Made by a program: the position numbers and the translations under genes
Notes under the pieces: model-generated
What the model saw: only the letters and a program-made list of their open reading frames with translations
The model's database searches: none
Told to the model about the DNA's origin: nothing
In this document: piece by piece, positions 46,613-55,468 of the stretch
Position numbering within the stretch: the stretch's first letter is position 1
Layout of the letters: the number at the start of each line of letters is the position of its first letter
From: Pelobium sp.
GTDB lineage: Bacteria; Bacteroidota; Bacteroidia; Sphingobacteriales; Sphingobacteriaceae
DNA: 64,000 nucleotides
Assembly (NCBI GenBank): GCA_039918235.1
Contig: JBDSHZ010000043.1
Span: 22,891-86,890, forward strand
Direction: 5' to 3'

Positions 46613-49132
46613 TTACTGACCTACCATAAACACTGCATTACTAAACAATAACTTTCCATTTTCCCAGAAACTGCGGAACAAAGGATCATCTGCCAAATAG
46701 ATTACACTTCCTCTGCCCATATCTTCTACACCCATTAAAGTGCCGTCCTGTAATTTCTTTTTAGTGTTGTTTCCTACAAATCCGGTCACGAAATTGCTCT
46801 TTTTAATGGTGCCCACATTCCAACCGTTTTCTAAAAAGCTATAAGTATTGGCATCCAATTTTAAGGTATAATAATAATTAGGATAACCAAAAGCCAATGG
46901 ATGCGTATTGTCTAAATCTACTTTATAAATTGCACCGGGAATACTGCTGGTTAAGCCTTCTCTTTCTCTATCCGCATAGGTTTTTATATTTTCATAAGGA
47001 TCTTTTTTAGCAGTGTCTTTTACATCCTCTTTTTTCTCTTCCTTGTTCTTTATCCCAAATCCTTTTTTATCAGCCAGCTGTTTCACCGCACCCTCAATAG
47101 CAATCAGTTTACCGCCACTTCTAATCCAATCCTGGATCTGCTGATTATCTAAATCCTTGTAATAACCGTCAGGAGCGATTAATACTTGTATGTCATTCCA
47201 TTGCACACGGTTGATGTCTGAAGTTTTAATTACCGTAATTGGATAGCCAATCTGTTGCTCAAAGAAATGCCAAACCTCACCAAAAGCTAAAGAACTTACT
47301 TCGTCGCCGGCTAAAACAGCAACTGTTGGCTTTTGAATGTAATGAATTTTTCCGGAGCCAAAATCAGCACCTTTATCTACAAAGCCAGTGGTAATTTTAA
47401 TGATTTGCTCACCGGTTTCTGCAGCAATTTTTGTGAGCGTAGATTCTAATTTCTCACCCATTTCTTCATTACTTGTTTTAGCGATGATCAAAGAACCTGC
47501 TCCAAATTTCTTTCCGTTTACCTCAAAAGGAACTTCGCTATACCTTACCTTGATATTGCTTTTAAGTAAGCCAGCTAGGAATTTTACGTCTTGTAAAGAT
47601 TTCCAATCGGCAACCCAAGCATAAGCTGCTCCGCTAACAGCAGGTTCTGCCGGAGGTGGAGGAGGTAGTATTTGTGTGGTAGCTTGTACCGATTCTTTAA
47701 GCGCATAGGCTTTTAAGCCATAAGCATAAGGTAAAGCCCATGCAGTAATGTCGTAAGTATTAGAATCTGGAATTACCGTTCTAGGCTCTAGTAAAACCCT
47801 TGCCAAAACAGATTTTGGCTGATAGGCATTCACTATTAAATCTTTTTTTTCAATTGAGAAATTCTCGCTTTTACCGGTGAAATAATTAAATCCTGAAGAA
47901 GATTTAGCAACGCCATAACCAAATTCAATTCCATTGTTCTTTAACAGTTCCGCTAATTTTTTCAAATTGGCGTCATTATCATCTTTAATCACATAAGTTT
48001 TATATTCTCCAGAAGGTGCGGTTTTAGAATCTGTGTAGAATTTTTTAAACTCATTAACTACTTTACCAGCATTTGCAGAAGTGGCTTCAATGGTAGAAAG
48101 TCCGGCGGTGTAATGGTGAGCAATCCTGTCTTTTAAAGTTAAGGTGTCGCCAAATTGATTTAAAACTGCTAACCCGGCTACGCCACCACCGCCTTGCTCA
48201 AAGGTCATCCCAATGGCGCCGTTATAAAGTGGATAGGTATCTCCGTAAGATGGGTACAATAAATCAAACACTTCTTTTGTAAAATACATCCAACCTTTCT
48301 GATCAAAATATTTCGCATTGTTTCTACCAATAATATTCTGGAATTCCCTCTGCCACGAGGTAATCGCATCATGATAAGGTTCTGCCGCAGGTGCAAAATA
48401 ATATGGATTGTTTACTCCCTGTTCATGAAAATCCACATGGATTTCTGGCAACCAGCTATTGTATAATTTTAAACGTTGCTGTGTTTCAATTTGCGTTTGC
48501 CAAGCCCAATCACGGTTTAAATCAAACAAATAATGGTTGGCTCTTCCTCCGGGCCAAGGCTCGCGGTGTTCGCGGGCATAAGATTTAGGATCAGGAATCA
48601 AGTTGGCAACCGGATTGTAAAAATTCACATAACGGTCTCTTCCATCCGGATTGATACAAGGATCAATCACTACTACCGTGTTTTTAAGCCATTCCTTAGT
48701 CTTTAAATTAGAAGGATCCAATAAGTCATAAATTGTTTTCATAGATGCTTCTGTAGAAACCGACTCATTACCATGGACATTATAACTGAGCCAAACTATG
48801 GCAGGCTGATTGGCGATTGCAGTATTTCCACCAATTCCGGCATTGCCCAAATTGCTCTTTCTAATTTCGTCTAAACGGTTGATGTTCTTATCGCTCGCTA
48901 CAAAAGCAACCAGCAATTCTCTTCCCTCATTTGTTTTGCCATAATATTGCAGTTTTACATTTTTAGAGTTGGCTGCTAAATATTCATAGTATTTTACCAC
49001 TTTATAATGTAAGGTAAAATGAGAACCTAGCTCATAACCTAAAAATTCAGATGGTGATTGCAGTTTTTGTTGTGAAAAAGTGACTTGAAAGCCGGCAAGC
49101 AAAAGAGCTAAAGAAATTAAAATTCGTTTCAT
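46613..49132 (-). CDS. M14 family zinc carboxypeptidase-like secreted protein
   Basis: Signal peptide; VHGNE, NPDGRDR, DLNRDW, DFHEQG and a C-terminal GATase-like domain. Confidence 0.88.
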   Translation of the reverse strand: MKRILISLALLLAGFQVTFSQQKLQSPSEFLGYELGSHFTLHYKVVKYYEYLAANSKNVKLQYYGKTNEGRELLVAFVASDKNINRLDEIRKSNLGNAGIGGNTAIANQPAIVWLSYNVHGNESVSTEASMKTIYDLLDPSNLKTKEWLKNTVVVIDPCINPDGRDRYVNFYNPVANLIPDPKSYAREHREPWPGGRANHYLFDLNRDWAWQTQIETQQRLKLYNSWLPEIHVDFHEQGVNNPYYFAPAAEPYHDAITSWQREFQNIIGRNNAKYFDQKGWMYFTKEVFDLLYPSYGDTYPLYNGAIGMTFEQGGGGVAGLAVLNQFGDTLTLKDRIAHHYTAGLSTIEATSANAGKVVNEFKKFYTDSKTAPSGEYKTYVIKDDNDANLKKLAELLKNNGIEFGYGVAKSSSGFNYFTGKSENFSIEKKDLIVNAYQPKSVLARVLLEPRTVIPDSNTYDITAWALPYAYGLKAYALKESVQATTQILPPPPPAEPAVSGAAYAWVADWKSLQDVKFLAGLLKSNIKVRYSEVPFEVNGKKFGAGSLIIAKTSNEEMGEKLESTLTKIAAETGEQIIKITTGFVDKGADFGSGKIHYIQKPTVAVLAGDEVSSLAFGEVWHFFEQQIGYPITVIKTSDINRVQWNDIQVLIAPDGYYKDLDNQQIQDWIRSGGKLIAIEGAVKQLADKKGFGIKNKEEKKEDVKDTAKKDPYENIKTYADREREGLTSSIPGAIYKVDLDNTHPLAFGYPNYYYTLKLDANTYSFLENGWNVGTIKKSNFVTGFVGNNTKKKLQDGTLMGVEDMGRGSVIYLADDPLFRSFWENGKLLFSNAVFMVGQ

Positions 49133-49247
49133 AATTCTAAAATACGGATTTAAGCATGTTAAAAAAACCTTGTTTTGGTAATTAAGCTTATTTTTGATAG
49201 ATAAATATTAAAAACTGATATTGTATTCAGAACTTTACAAAAAATTA

Positions 49248-49317
49248 GGGCGTTCGGGCAGGCTTTATGCTATATTCCCGATGAAAAATCGGGAGATGTC
49301 GCTTCTATCCTTAACGC
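49248..49317 (-). ncRNA. Structured intergenic element, copy B (Flavo-1-like candidate)
   Basis: Minus strand GCGTTAAGGATAGAAGCGACATC-TCCCGAT-ttttc-ATCGGGA-ATATAGCATAAAGCCTGCCCGAACGCCC; homologous to copy A. Confidence 0.6.
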
Positions 49318-49413
49318 AAATATAAACTTAACAATATGGGCAAATAATCTTTGGATTTAGCCCGAATTAAGCAACCAACTAACAATCCAACTACCTAAAA
49401 AAATACCTAACAG

Positions 49414-50715
49414 ATGAGCATTTCAGAAATCTACAACCTATATTTATCACACCCTTTAATCTTTATCGATACACGAAAGATTACCGAAGGTTGCTTATTC
49501 TTTGCCTTAAAAGGAGAAAATTTTGATGGAAATACTTTTGCAGATCAGGCGATTGAAAAAGGAGCTACGTATGTGGTGATTGATGATCCTAAATTTAAAA
49601 AGAACGACCGTTATATTTTAGTGGATGATACGTTGATCGCTTTGCAGGAATTGGCAAAACACCATCGCAAGCAATTAAAAATACCCGTAATTGGTTTAAC
49701 AGGCTCCAACGGAAAAACCACCACAAAGGAGCTGATTAATGCGGTACTTTCTCAAAAATTTAAAGCTTTAGCCACAAAAGGAAATTTAAACAATCATATT
49801 GGTGTTCCCTTAACGCTATTGGAAATTATACCTGAAACGGAGATAGCCATAATAGAAATGGGTGCCAATCATCAAAAAGAGATTGAAATGCTGAGTGAAA
49901 TCTGTCAGCCTCAGTACGGTTTGATTACCAATGTAGGCAAAGCACACCTAGAAGGTTTTGGAGGTTTTGAAGGCGTAAAAAAAGGAAAAGGTGAGTTGTA
50001 TGATTTCTTGCAAAATCATGATGGAACAGTTTTCATCAATAAAGACAATGCTTTTTTAACAGAAATGGCAAATAGCCGCAAGTTTAAAAAAACTATTTAT
50101 TATGGCAGGGATGGAAGTAGCGAGGTAAAAGGGGAACTGTTGAACAATGATCCGTTTTTAGAAATCAACTGGACTTATCGAAACCAACAATTTCAAGTGC
50201 TATCAAACTTAACCGGAACTTATAATTTTGAAAATATTTTGGTAGCAATAGCCATTGGTTTAGAATTTGGTCTTGCTGCTCATGAAATCAATAAAGGCAT
50301 TCGTGATTATGAACCACAGAACAACCGTTCCCAGATCATCAAAACAGAAAATAATACCGTGATTGGGGATTATTATAATGCCAACCCAAGCAGTATGCCA
50401 GTTGCTTTAGAAAATATGGCATCGTTAAAGGCAAAAAAGAAAGTAGTGATTTTGGGCGATATGTTTGAAGTTGGAGATTCCTCAGCGTTAGAACATGATG
50501 CAGTACTACAACAAGCATTGTCTTATCAGTTTGATCAAGTGATTTTGATAGGAGAAGAGTTTTTTAATATCAATGAGCTTGCAGATGAAGCAATTTTTTA
50601 CAGAACTACAAGCGATGCTATTATAGAACTCAAAAAAAATCCGATAAAAGATGCTTTGGTGTTGTTAAAAGGAAGCAGAGGAATGAAGTTAGAAAGTTTG
50701 ATGGAGTTGTTGTAA
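49414..50715 (+). CDS. murF: UDP-N-acetylmuramoyl-tripeptide-D-Ala-D-Ala ligase
   Basis: FALKGENFDGN, TGSNGKTTTKE, NNHIGVP, EMGANH, DYYNANPSSM, LGDMFE and KGSRGM. Confidence 0.96.
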   Translation: MSISEIYNLYLSHPLIFIDTRKITEGCLFFALKGENFDGNTFADQAIEKGATYVVIDDPKFKKNDRYILVDDTLIALQELAKHHRKQLKIPVIGLTGSNGKTTTKELINAVLSQKFKALATKGNLNNHIGVPLTLLEIIPETEIAIIEMGANHQKEIEMLSEICQPQYGLITNVGKAHLEGFGGFEGVKKGKGELYDFLQNHDGTVFINKDNAFLTEMANSRKFKKTIYYGRDGSSEVKGELLNNDPFLEINWTYRNQQFQVLSNLTGTYNFENILVAIAIGLEFGLAAHEINKGIRDYEPQNNRSQIIKTENNTVIGDYYNANPSSMPVALENMASLKAKKKVVILGDMFEVGDSSALEHDAVLQQALSYQFDQVILIGEEFFNINELADEAIFYRTTSDAIIELKKNPIKDALVLLKGSRGMKLESLMELL

Positions 50716-50718
50716 TCT

Positions 50719-51189
50719 TTATTTCTCCTCTTCTACCCTAATCCCAACGTCAGAAATATATTTGAGCGGATTATCTCTCATGTTCTGTTCTACCAAAATA
50801 GTGTATTTGCCGGTAGATGGGAAATGGTAGCTTTCCTTATAAATCAGCTGGTAGCTAAAAAGATTTCCCGAGCCTTTTCCCAACCATTCTCCATCAGGTT
50901 TAGCCAATTGAAATTCCTGCCTTTCTGGTACATCCTTTTTGTTTGGACCTAAAATGTGAAACCGAAGCCAGACATTAGAGTAATTATAAGCTGCACTATG
51001 CCTAAAGTTAGCGTATATATTATAACTTTTTGTGCTATCAGTAATTTCAACAACTGCTTTAATAGGTTTAATGTAGGTCCAGTTCTGATTGGGAATACTA
51101 TCAAAAGTATCTACCAATGTACCATCATTGCAACTTTGTAGCGTTACAAAAATGGCACCTATCAGCAAGCATTTGATCAATCTCTTCAT
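50719..51189 (-). CDS. gldH: Gliding motility lipoprotein GldH
   Basis: Lipobox LQSC; YNYSNVWL, LAKPDGEWLGKG, EQNMRDNPL and DVGIRVE. Confidence 0.92.
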   Translation of the reverse strand: MKRLIKCLLIGAIFVTLQSCNDGTLVDTFDSIPNQNWTYIKPIKAVVEITDSTKSYNIYANFRHSAAYNYSNVWLRFHILGPNKKDVPERQEFQLAKPDGEWLGKGSGNLFSYQLIYKESYHFPSTGKYTILVEQNMRDNPLKYISDVGIRVEEEK

Positions 51190-52527
51190 TTATTCCTGAG
51201 GAGGTTTATTGTTGTTATTAGTTCTACGTTTTTTGTTTCTATTCTTATTAGGATTTGGCTTTTGTCCCTCAGCATTTTCTGGTTGAGCATTCTGAACTTT
51301 AGGAGCTATTGCGCTGGCCTCTTTTGGTGCATTTGTTTGAGGCGTATTATTTCCAGCAACATTACCAGTTCCAGTATTTCTACTTCTTGATTTATTCCTA
51401 TTGTTGTTATTTTTCTTTTTTCTGCCTTTCTCGTCTAAACGGGTTAAACTATCCTGCCCTACTACATTCTCATAATCGAAAGATTTTTCAACTGCTTCTA
51501 ATTCCTCCTGTAAAACGGCAAAGTCTTTTAAGTCGTCAGGTTTTTCACCGTTTTTGTTCATTTCCTGAATCTCTTTCACTCTAGCTACAGGAACAGGAAT
51601 CCAAGTATTATCATCAAAATAACTGAACCACATCAGCTGTTTAAAGATATCTGTTTTTTGTAAACGGGCTTCTCCTTTTGCGGTCTTTAACCTATCTGCA
51701 TGGTCCGGAATGGTTTTTAATGCATCCATATAGGTATCCAGCTCATAGTTTAAACAGCATTTTAACTTACCACATTGGCCGGCAAGTTTCAAAGTATTTA
51801 AGGAAAGGTTTTGGTAACGGGCAGCGGATGTTGAAACTGTTTTAAAATCTGTTAACCAAGTACTGCAACATAATTCTCTGCCACAAGAACCAATTCCACC
51901 TAAACGGCTAGCTTCCTGGCGCATTCCAATTTGGCGCATTTCAATACGTACACGGAAAGCTTCGGCTAATTTTTTGATCAGTTCTCGGAAATCTACGCGG
52001 CCTTCTGCAGTATAATAGAAAGTTGCTTTGCTACGGTCGCCCTGATATTCTACATCACTCAGTTTCATAGCTAAGCCTAATTCCAAAGCAATTGTTCTGG
52101 ATTTGTGCATCGTTTCTGATTCCCTTTCTTTTGCGTTTTTCCACTTGTCCACATCTTGTGGTGTGGCTTTGCGGTAAAGTTTTAAAGGAGCTTTTTCTTC
52201 GGTGATTTTTTTACGGTTCATCTGCATACGAACCAGTTCGCCGGTGAGGGTTACATGGCCAATATCATAGCCACCGGTAGTAGTTTCTACAGCAACCAAT
52301 TCCCCAGCTTCCAGATAAATATTCTCTTCGTTTCTGTAGAACTCTTTTCTGGCGCCTTTAAATCTTATTTCTACATAAGGAAAAGGTTTATAATTGGATG
52401 GCATATCCATATCGGAAAGCCAATCGTAAACATCTAATTTGCTGCAACCCCCGTCTGTTAAACAAGAGCCATTACTTTTGCAGCCTCCAGGTGTACATCC
52501 ACCTGTTGAGCAACTTCCACATCCCAT
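51190..52527 (-). CDS. PSP1/RicT (YaaT) family Fe-S protein
   Basis: DVEYQGD.SKATFYYTAEGRVDFRELIK, GGIGSCGRELCC and LAGQCGKLKCCLNYE; Cys-rich N-terminus and disordered C-terminus. Confidence 0.9.
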   Translation of the reverse strand: MGCGSCSTGGCTPGGCKSNGSCLTDGGCSKLDVYDWLSDMDMPSNYKPFPYVEIRFKGARKEFYRNEENIYLEAGELVAVETTTGGYDIGHVTLTGELVRMQMNRKKITEEKAPLKLYRKATPQDVDKWKNAKERESETMHKSRTIALELGLAMKLSDVEYQGDRSKATFYYTAEGRVDFRELIKKLAEAFRVRIEMRQIGMRQEASRLGGIGSCGRELCCSTWLTDFKTVSTSAARYQNLSLNTLKLAGQCGKLKCCLNYELDTYMDALKTIPDHADRLKTAKGEARLQKTDIFKQLMWFSYFDDNTWIPVPVARVKEIQEMNKNGEKPDDLKDFAVLQEELEAVEKSFDYENVVGQDSLTRLDEKGRKKKNNNNRNKSRSRNTGTGNVAGNNTPQTNAPKEASAIAPKVQNAQPENAEGQKPNPNKNRNKKRRTNNNNKPPQE

Positions 52528-52530
52528 TTT

Positions 52531-53679
52531 TTATAATAATATATTGTGAGTCCCTTTCGGGAGCGTATTAAACTTTAAAATCATGACCAGTTTCAAAGAT
52601 ACATCTAAAAATAATATTTTAGGATTCGCATTTCTTTCAATGTGATAGTGCGCTTTCTCTAATTCTTCAGCTATAGCTTCTGCCTTGGCTAGGTTTAAAA
52701 TTTGGGAAAATTTACTAATAAATTCTAACTCTTTTTCAGGCAAATGAATTAAGCCAGGAGTTTCGGCCATAAACAGCATACATTCCCTCATCAAATTCAC
52801 CGCATATCTTAAGAAATTCTTCTGGTTTTCTCTGCCCATTTTTGCCATTTCTCCTTCACTAAGTTCCACTATTTTTAACCCATTATTTTTCCAGCAGGCA
52901 CCAAGCCATAAACGCAAAAGCTCATGATAATCATCTTCCTGATGTGTTAAAAGGTGTTGTGCCAATTGTAGATTGCCATTGCTCAAATAAGCTATTTGTG
53001 CTGCTTTTGCCGAGTTAACCTCCTTTTTATTGATCAAATATTCCTTAACTTCCTCAACTTTCAATTTTGGTATTTTTACCATCTGTGTTCTGGAAATAAT
53101 GGTATTTAAAATCTGATCCTGATTTTGGGCCACCAATAAAAACAAGGTTTTTTGTGCTGGTTCTTCAATCACTTTTAGCAAAGCATTACCTTCTTTTTCC
53201 AAATATTCGGGCAACCACATAATTAGCACTTTGTATTCCGCCTCAAAAGGTTTTAAACTCAATTTACTAATAATGCTGTGCGCTTCCGCGATATTGATAT
53301 TGGCTTGTTTGTTATCTGCGCTCAATTGGTCACGCCATTCATCCAATCCTAAATAAGGATTTGCTAAAAATGCCCTGCGCCATTCTTCAATAAAAGTGAT
53401 GGCTGTATCATCTTTATGCTTGGCAAAGAAAGGATAGGAAAAATGTAGATCTGGATGAACAAGTTTATTAAATTTTCTGCAGGAAGAACATTCTCCACAG
53501 GAATCACGCTCTTGCTTATTTTCACAACAGATATATTGTGCATAAGCCAAAGCCAAAGCCAAACTTCCTGATCCTTCCGGACCTAAAAAAAGCTGGGCAT
53601 GACTAATTCTTTCATCCTTAACGGTTTGGATAAGGTGATTTTTTACGGCTTGCTGCCCTACAATATCTTTAAACTGCAT
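52531..53679 (-). CDS. holB: DNA polymerase III subunit delta-prime
   Basis: HAQLFLG, CGECSSC zinc motif, HPDLHF, NALLKVIEEP and TIISR. Confidence 0.9.
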   Translation of the reverse strand: MQFKDIVGQQAVKNHLIQTVKDERISHAQLFLGPEGSGSLALALAYAQYICCENKQERDSCGECSSCRKFNKLVHPDLHFSYPFFAKHKDDTAITFIEEWRRAFLANPYLGLDEWRDQLSADNKQANINIAEAHSIISKLSLKPFEAEYKVLIMWLPEYLEKEGNALLKVIEEPAQKTLFLLVAQNQDQILNTIISRTQMVKIPKLKVEEVKEYLINKKEVNSAKAAQIAYLSNGNLQLAQHLLTHQEDDYHELLRLWLGACWKNNGLKIVELSEGEMAKMGRENQKNFLRYAVNLMRECMLFMAETPGLIHLPEKELEFISKFSQILNLAKAEAIAEELEKAHYHIERNANPKILFLDVSLKLVMILKFNTLPKGTHNILL

Positions 53680-53784
53680 TGTTGCAAAATAAGGAAATTA
53701 GTACAAAGTAGGGAGTAGCAAGAATCAAGATTTTAAAAAGTATATAAGCTTTTCAACAACCCTTCATCCCTCTTCCTAATTTTC

Positions 53785-53792
53785 TAACTTTG
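53785..53792 (+). promoter_or_regulatory. -7 promoter element for ruvX
   Basis: TAACTTTG upstream of the 53836 start. Confidence 0.55.
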
Positions 53793-53835
53793 CAATGCTT
53801 TTAGCCTTTCGCTTTTAGCTCTCAGCTTAAAAGAA

Positions 53836-54258
53836 ATGGCCAGATTAATGTCTTTCGATTTTGGAACCAAACGTTTGGGAATTGCCGTTACAGACCAGAT
53901 GCAAATGTTTGCCACAGGCTTAACAACTATTCACCCAAAAGATGCAGTAGATTTTATCAAAAAATATTTATTGACAGAAGAAGTGGAAACCTTTGTTTTG
54001 GGCGAACCCAAGCAAATGGATGGGACTCCCTCACAATCTGCACCACAGGTGAAAGGGTTCGTCACAATTTTAAAAAAACATTTTCCGGCTATTCCGGTAG
54101 AAATGATGGACGAGCGCTTTACCTCAAAAATGGCTTCAGCAGTTATCGCTCAAAGTGGCTTAAAGAAAACAGACCGACAGAATAAAGGATTGGTAGATAC
54201 CGTCTCGGCAGTAATTATTTTGCAATCCTATCTCGAGAAAAAGAGTTTAGGTTTTTGA
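53836..54258 (+). CDS. ruvX: YqgF/RuvX pre-16S rRNA nuclease / Holliday junction resolvase-like
   Basis: FDFGTKRLGIAVTD, DERFTS and VDTVSAVIILQSYL. Confidence 0.95.
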   Translation: MARLMSFDFGTKRLGIAVTDQMQMFATGLTTIHPKDAVDFIKKYLLTEEVETFVLGEPKQMDGTPSQSAPQVKGFVTILKKHFPAIPVEMMDERFTSKMASAVIAQSGLKKTDRQNKGLVDTVSAVIILQSYLEKKSLGF

Positions 54259-54322
54259 TTGCTTTCCCAAATCAAAAAGCGGATTAAAAATTTTAGATTT
54301 GATAAATCAGTTTTGTGATATT

Positions 54323-55468
54323 ATGAAGTTTGTAAGACTTATAAATTCCATTAAAGATACTTCTCAGCATTTTCAAACCAATGCCGTAAAAGCAATTAAC
54401 ATCAACCTCACTTTAAGAAATTGGATGGTTGGTTATTTTATTGTTGAATTTGAACAGCGTGGCGAAGACCGAGCTGAGTACGGCAGTAAAATATTAACTG
54501 AAATATCAAAAAAAATAAAACTTAAAGGTTTGGCAGAAACCAATCTTAAAATCTGTCGGCAGTTTTATAATTCATACCCAATTTTGCTTTCTGTTGTTTT
54601 AAAAAACAACCAACAGATTCTTCCTTTATCAATTCGTCAGTCACTGACTGACGAATTTGAATTTAATGATAATCAAGGAGTTATAATTCGTCAGTCAGTG
54701 ACTGACGAATTCAAAGATTCTAAAAATGACCTGCAAGATTACGATTATATCTATAAACTTTTAACAGTTAGTTCTTTCACCCATTTTGTAGAGCTGATTA
54801 AGATAGAAGATGAAATTAAGAGAAAATTTTACGAACTTTTAATCTTAAAAACCACTTTATCTGTTAGAGAATTACAAAGGCAAATCAGTTCCCTTACATA
54901 TGAACGCTTTGGTTTCTCAAATAATAATGACAAAGCATTAAATGAATTGGCCAATAAAATCACACCCGTTCAAAACACTGATATTGTAAAGTCACATTAT
55001 ATTTTTGAATTTTTAAACTTAGGACAGCCGCAATTAGTAGAAGAATCTACTTTAGAACAAGCCTTAATTCAGCATCTTCAAAATTTTATTTTGGAGTTAG
55101 GCAACGGGTTTTGTTTTGAAGGGAGGCAAAAGAGAATTCTTATTGGTGAGGAATACTTTTTCATTGATTTGGTCTTTTACCATCGTATTTTAAAATGCCA
55201 TGTAATTGTTGAACTAAAAACAGAAAAAGCAAATCATGAACATATAGGGCAACTGAAAACCTATATTCAGTACTACAAGAAAAATATTGTTCAAACTGGA
55301 GATAACCCACCAGTTGGATTGCTCCTGGTTACCGACCAGAATAAAACCTTAGTAGAATATGCTGTTGCCGATGCAGATAAAGAAATATTTGTAAGTCAGT
55401 ATCTTTTACAATTACCTAGAAAAGAACAATTGGTTGATTTTATCAATCAAGAAATTAAAAAACTTTAA
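54323..55468 (+). CDS. YhcG/DUF1016 PD-(D/E)XK nuclease-domain protein
   Basis: NWMVGYFIVE.EQ.GEDRAEYG, SFTHF, SVREL.RQI, FILELG.GF.F, FIDLVFYH, VELK, GQL..Y and NPPVGLLL. Likely start is MKFVRL at 54323. Confidence 0.93.
   Translation: MKFVRLINSIKDTSQHFQTNAVKAININLTLRNWMVGYFIVEFEQRGEDRAEYGSKILTEISKKIKLKGLAETNLKICRQFYNSYPILLSVVLKNNQQILPLSIRQSLTDEFEFNDNQGVIIRQSVTDEFKDSKNDLQDYDYIYKLLTVSSFTHFVELIKIEDEIKRKFYELLILKTTLSVRELQRQISSLTYERFGFSNNNDKALNELANKITPVQNTDIVKSHYIFEFLNLGQPQLVEESTLEQALIQHLQNFILELGNGFCFEGRQKRILIGEEYFFIDLVFYHRILKCHVIVELKTEKANHEHIGQLKTYIQYYKKNIVQTGDNPPVGLLLVTDQNKTLVEYAVADADKEIFVSQYLLQLPRKEQLVDFINQEIKKL
54631..54711. repeat. Two 27-bp palindromic direct repeats inside the YhcG coding sequence
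   Basis: AATTCGTCAGTCA-C-TGACTGACGAATT (54631-54657) and AATTCGTCAGTCA-G-TGACTGACGAATT (54685-54711), separated by a 27-nt spacer. Confidence 0.95.

Noticed and set aside
54631-54711. CRISPR array in the YhcG gene
   Set aside because: Only two repeats, in frame within a coding sequence, with no leader and no cas genes. Kept as a palindromic repeat finding instead.
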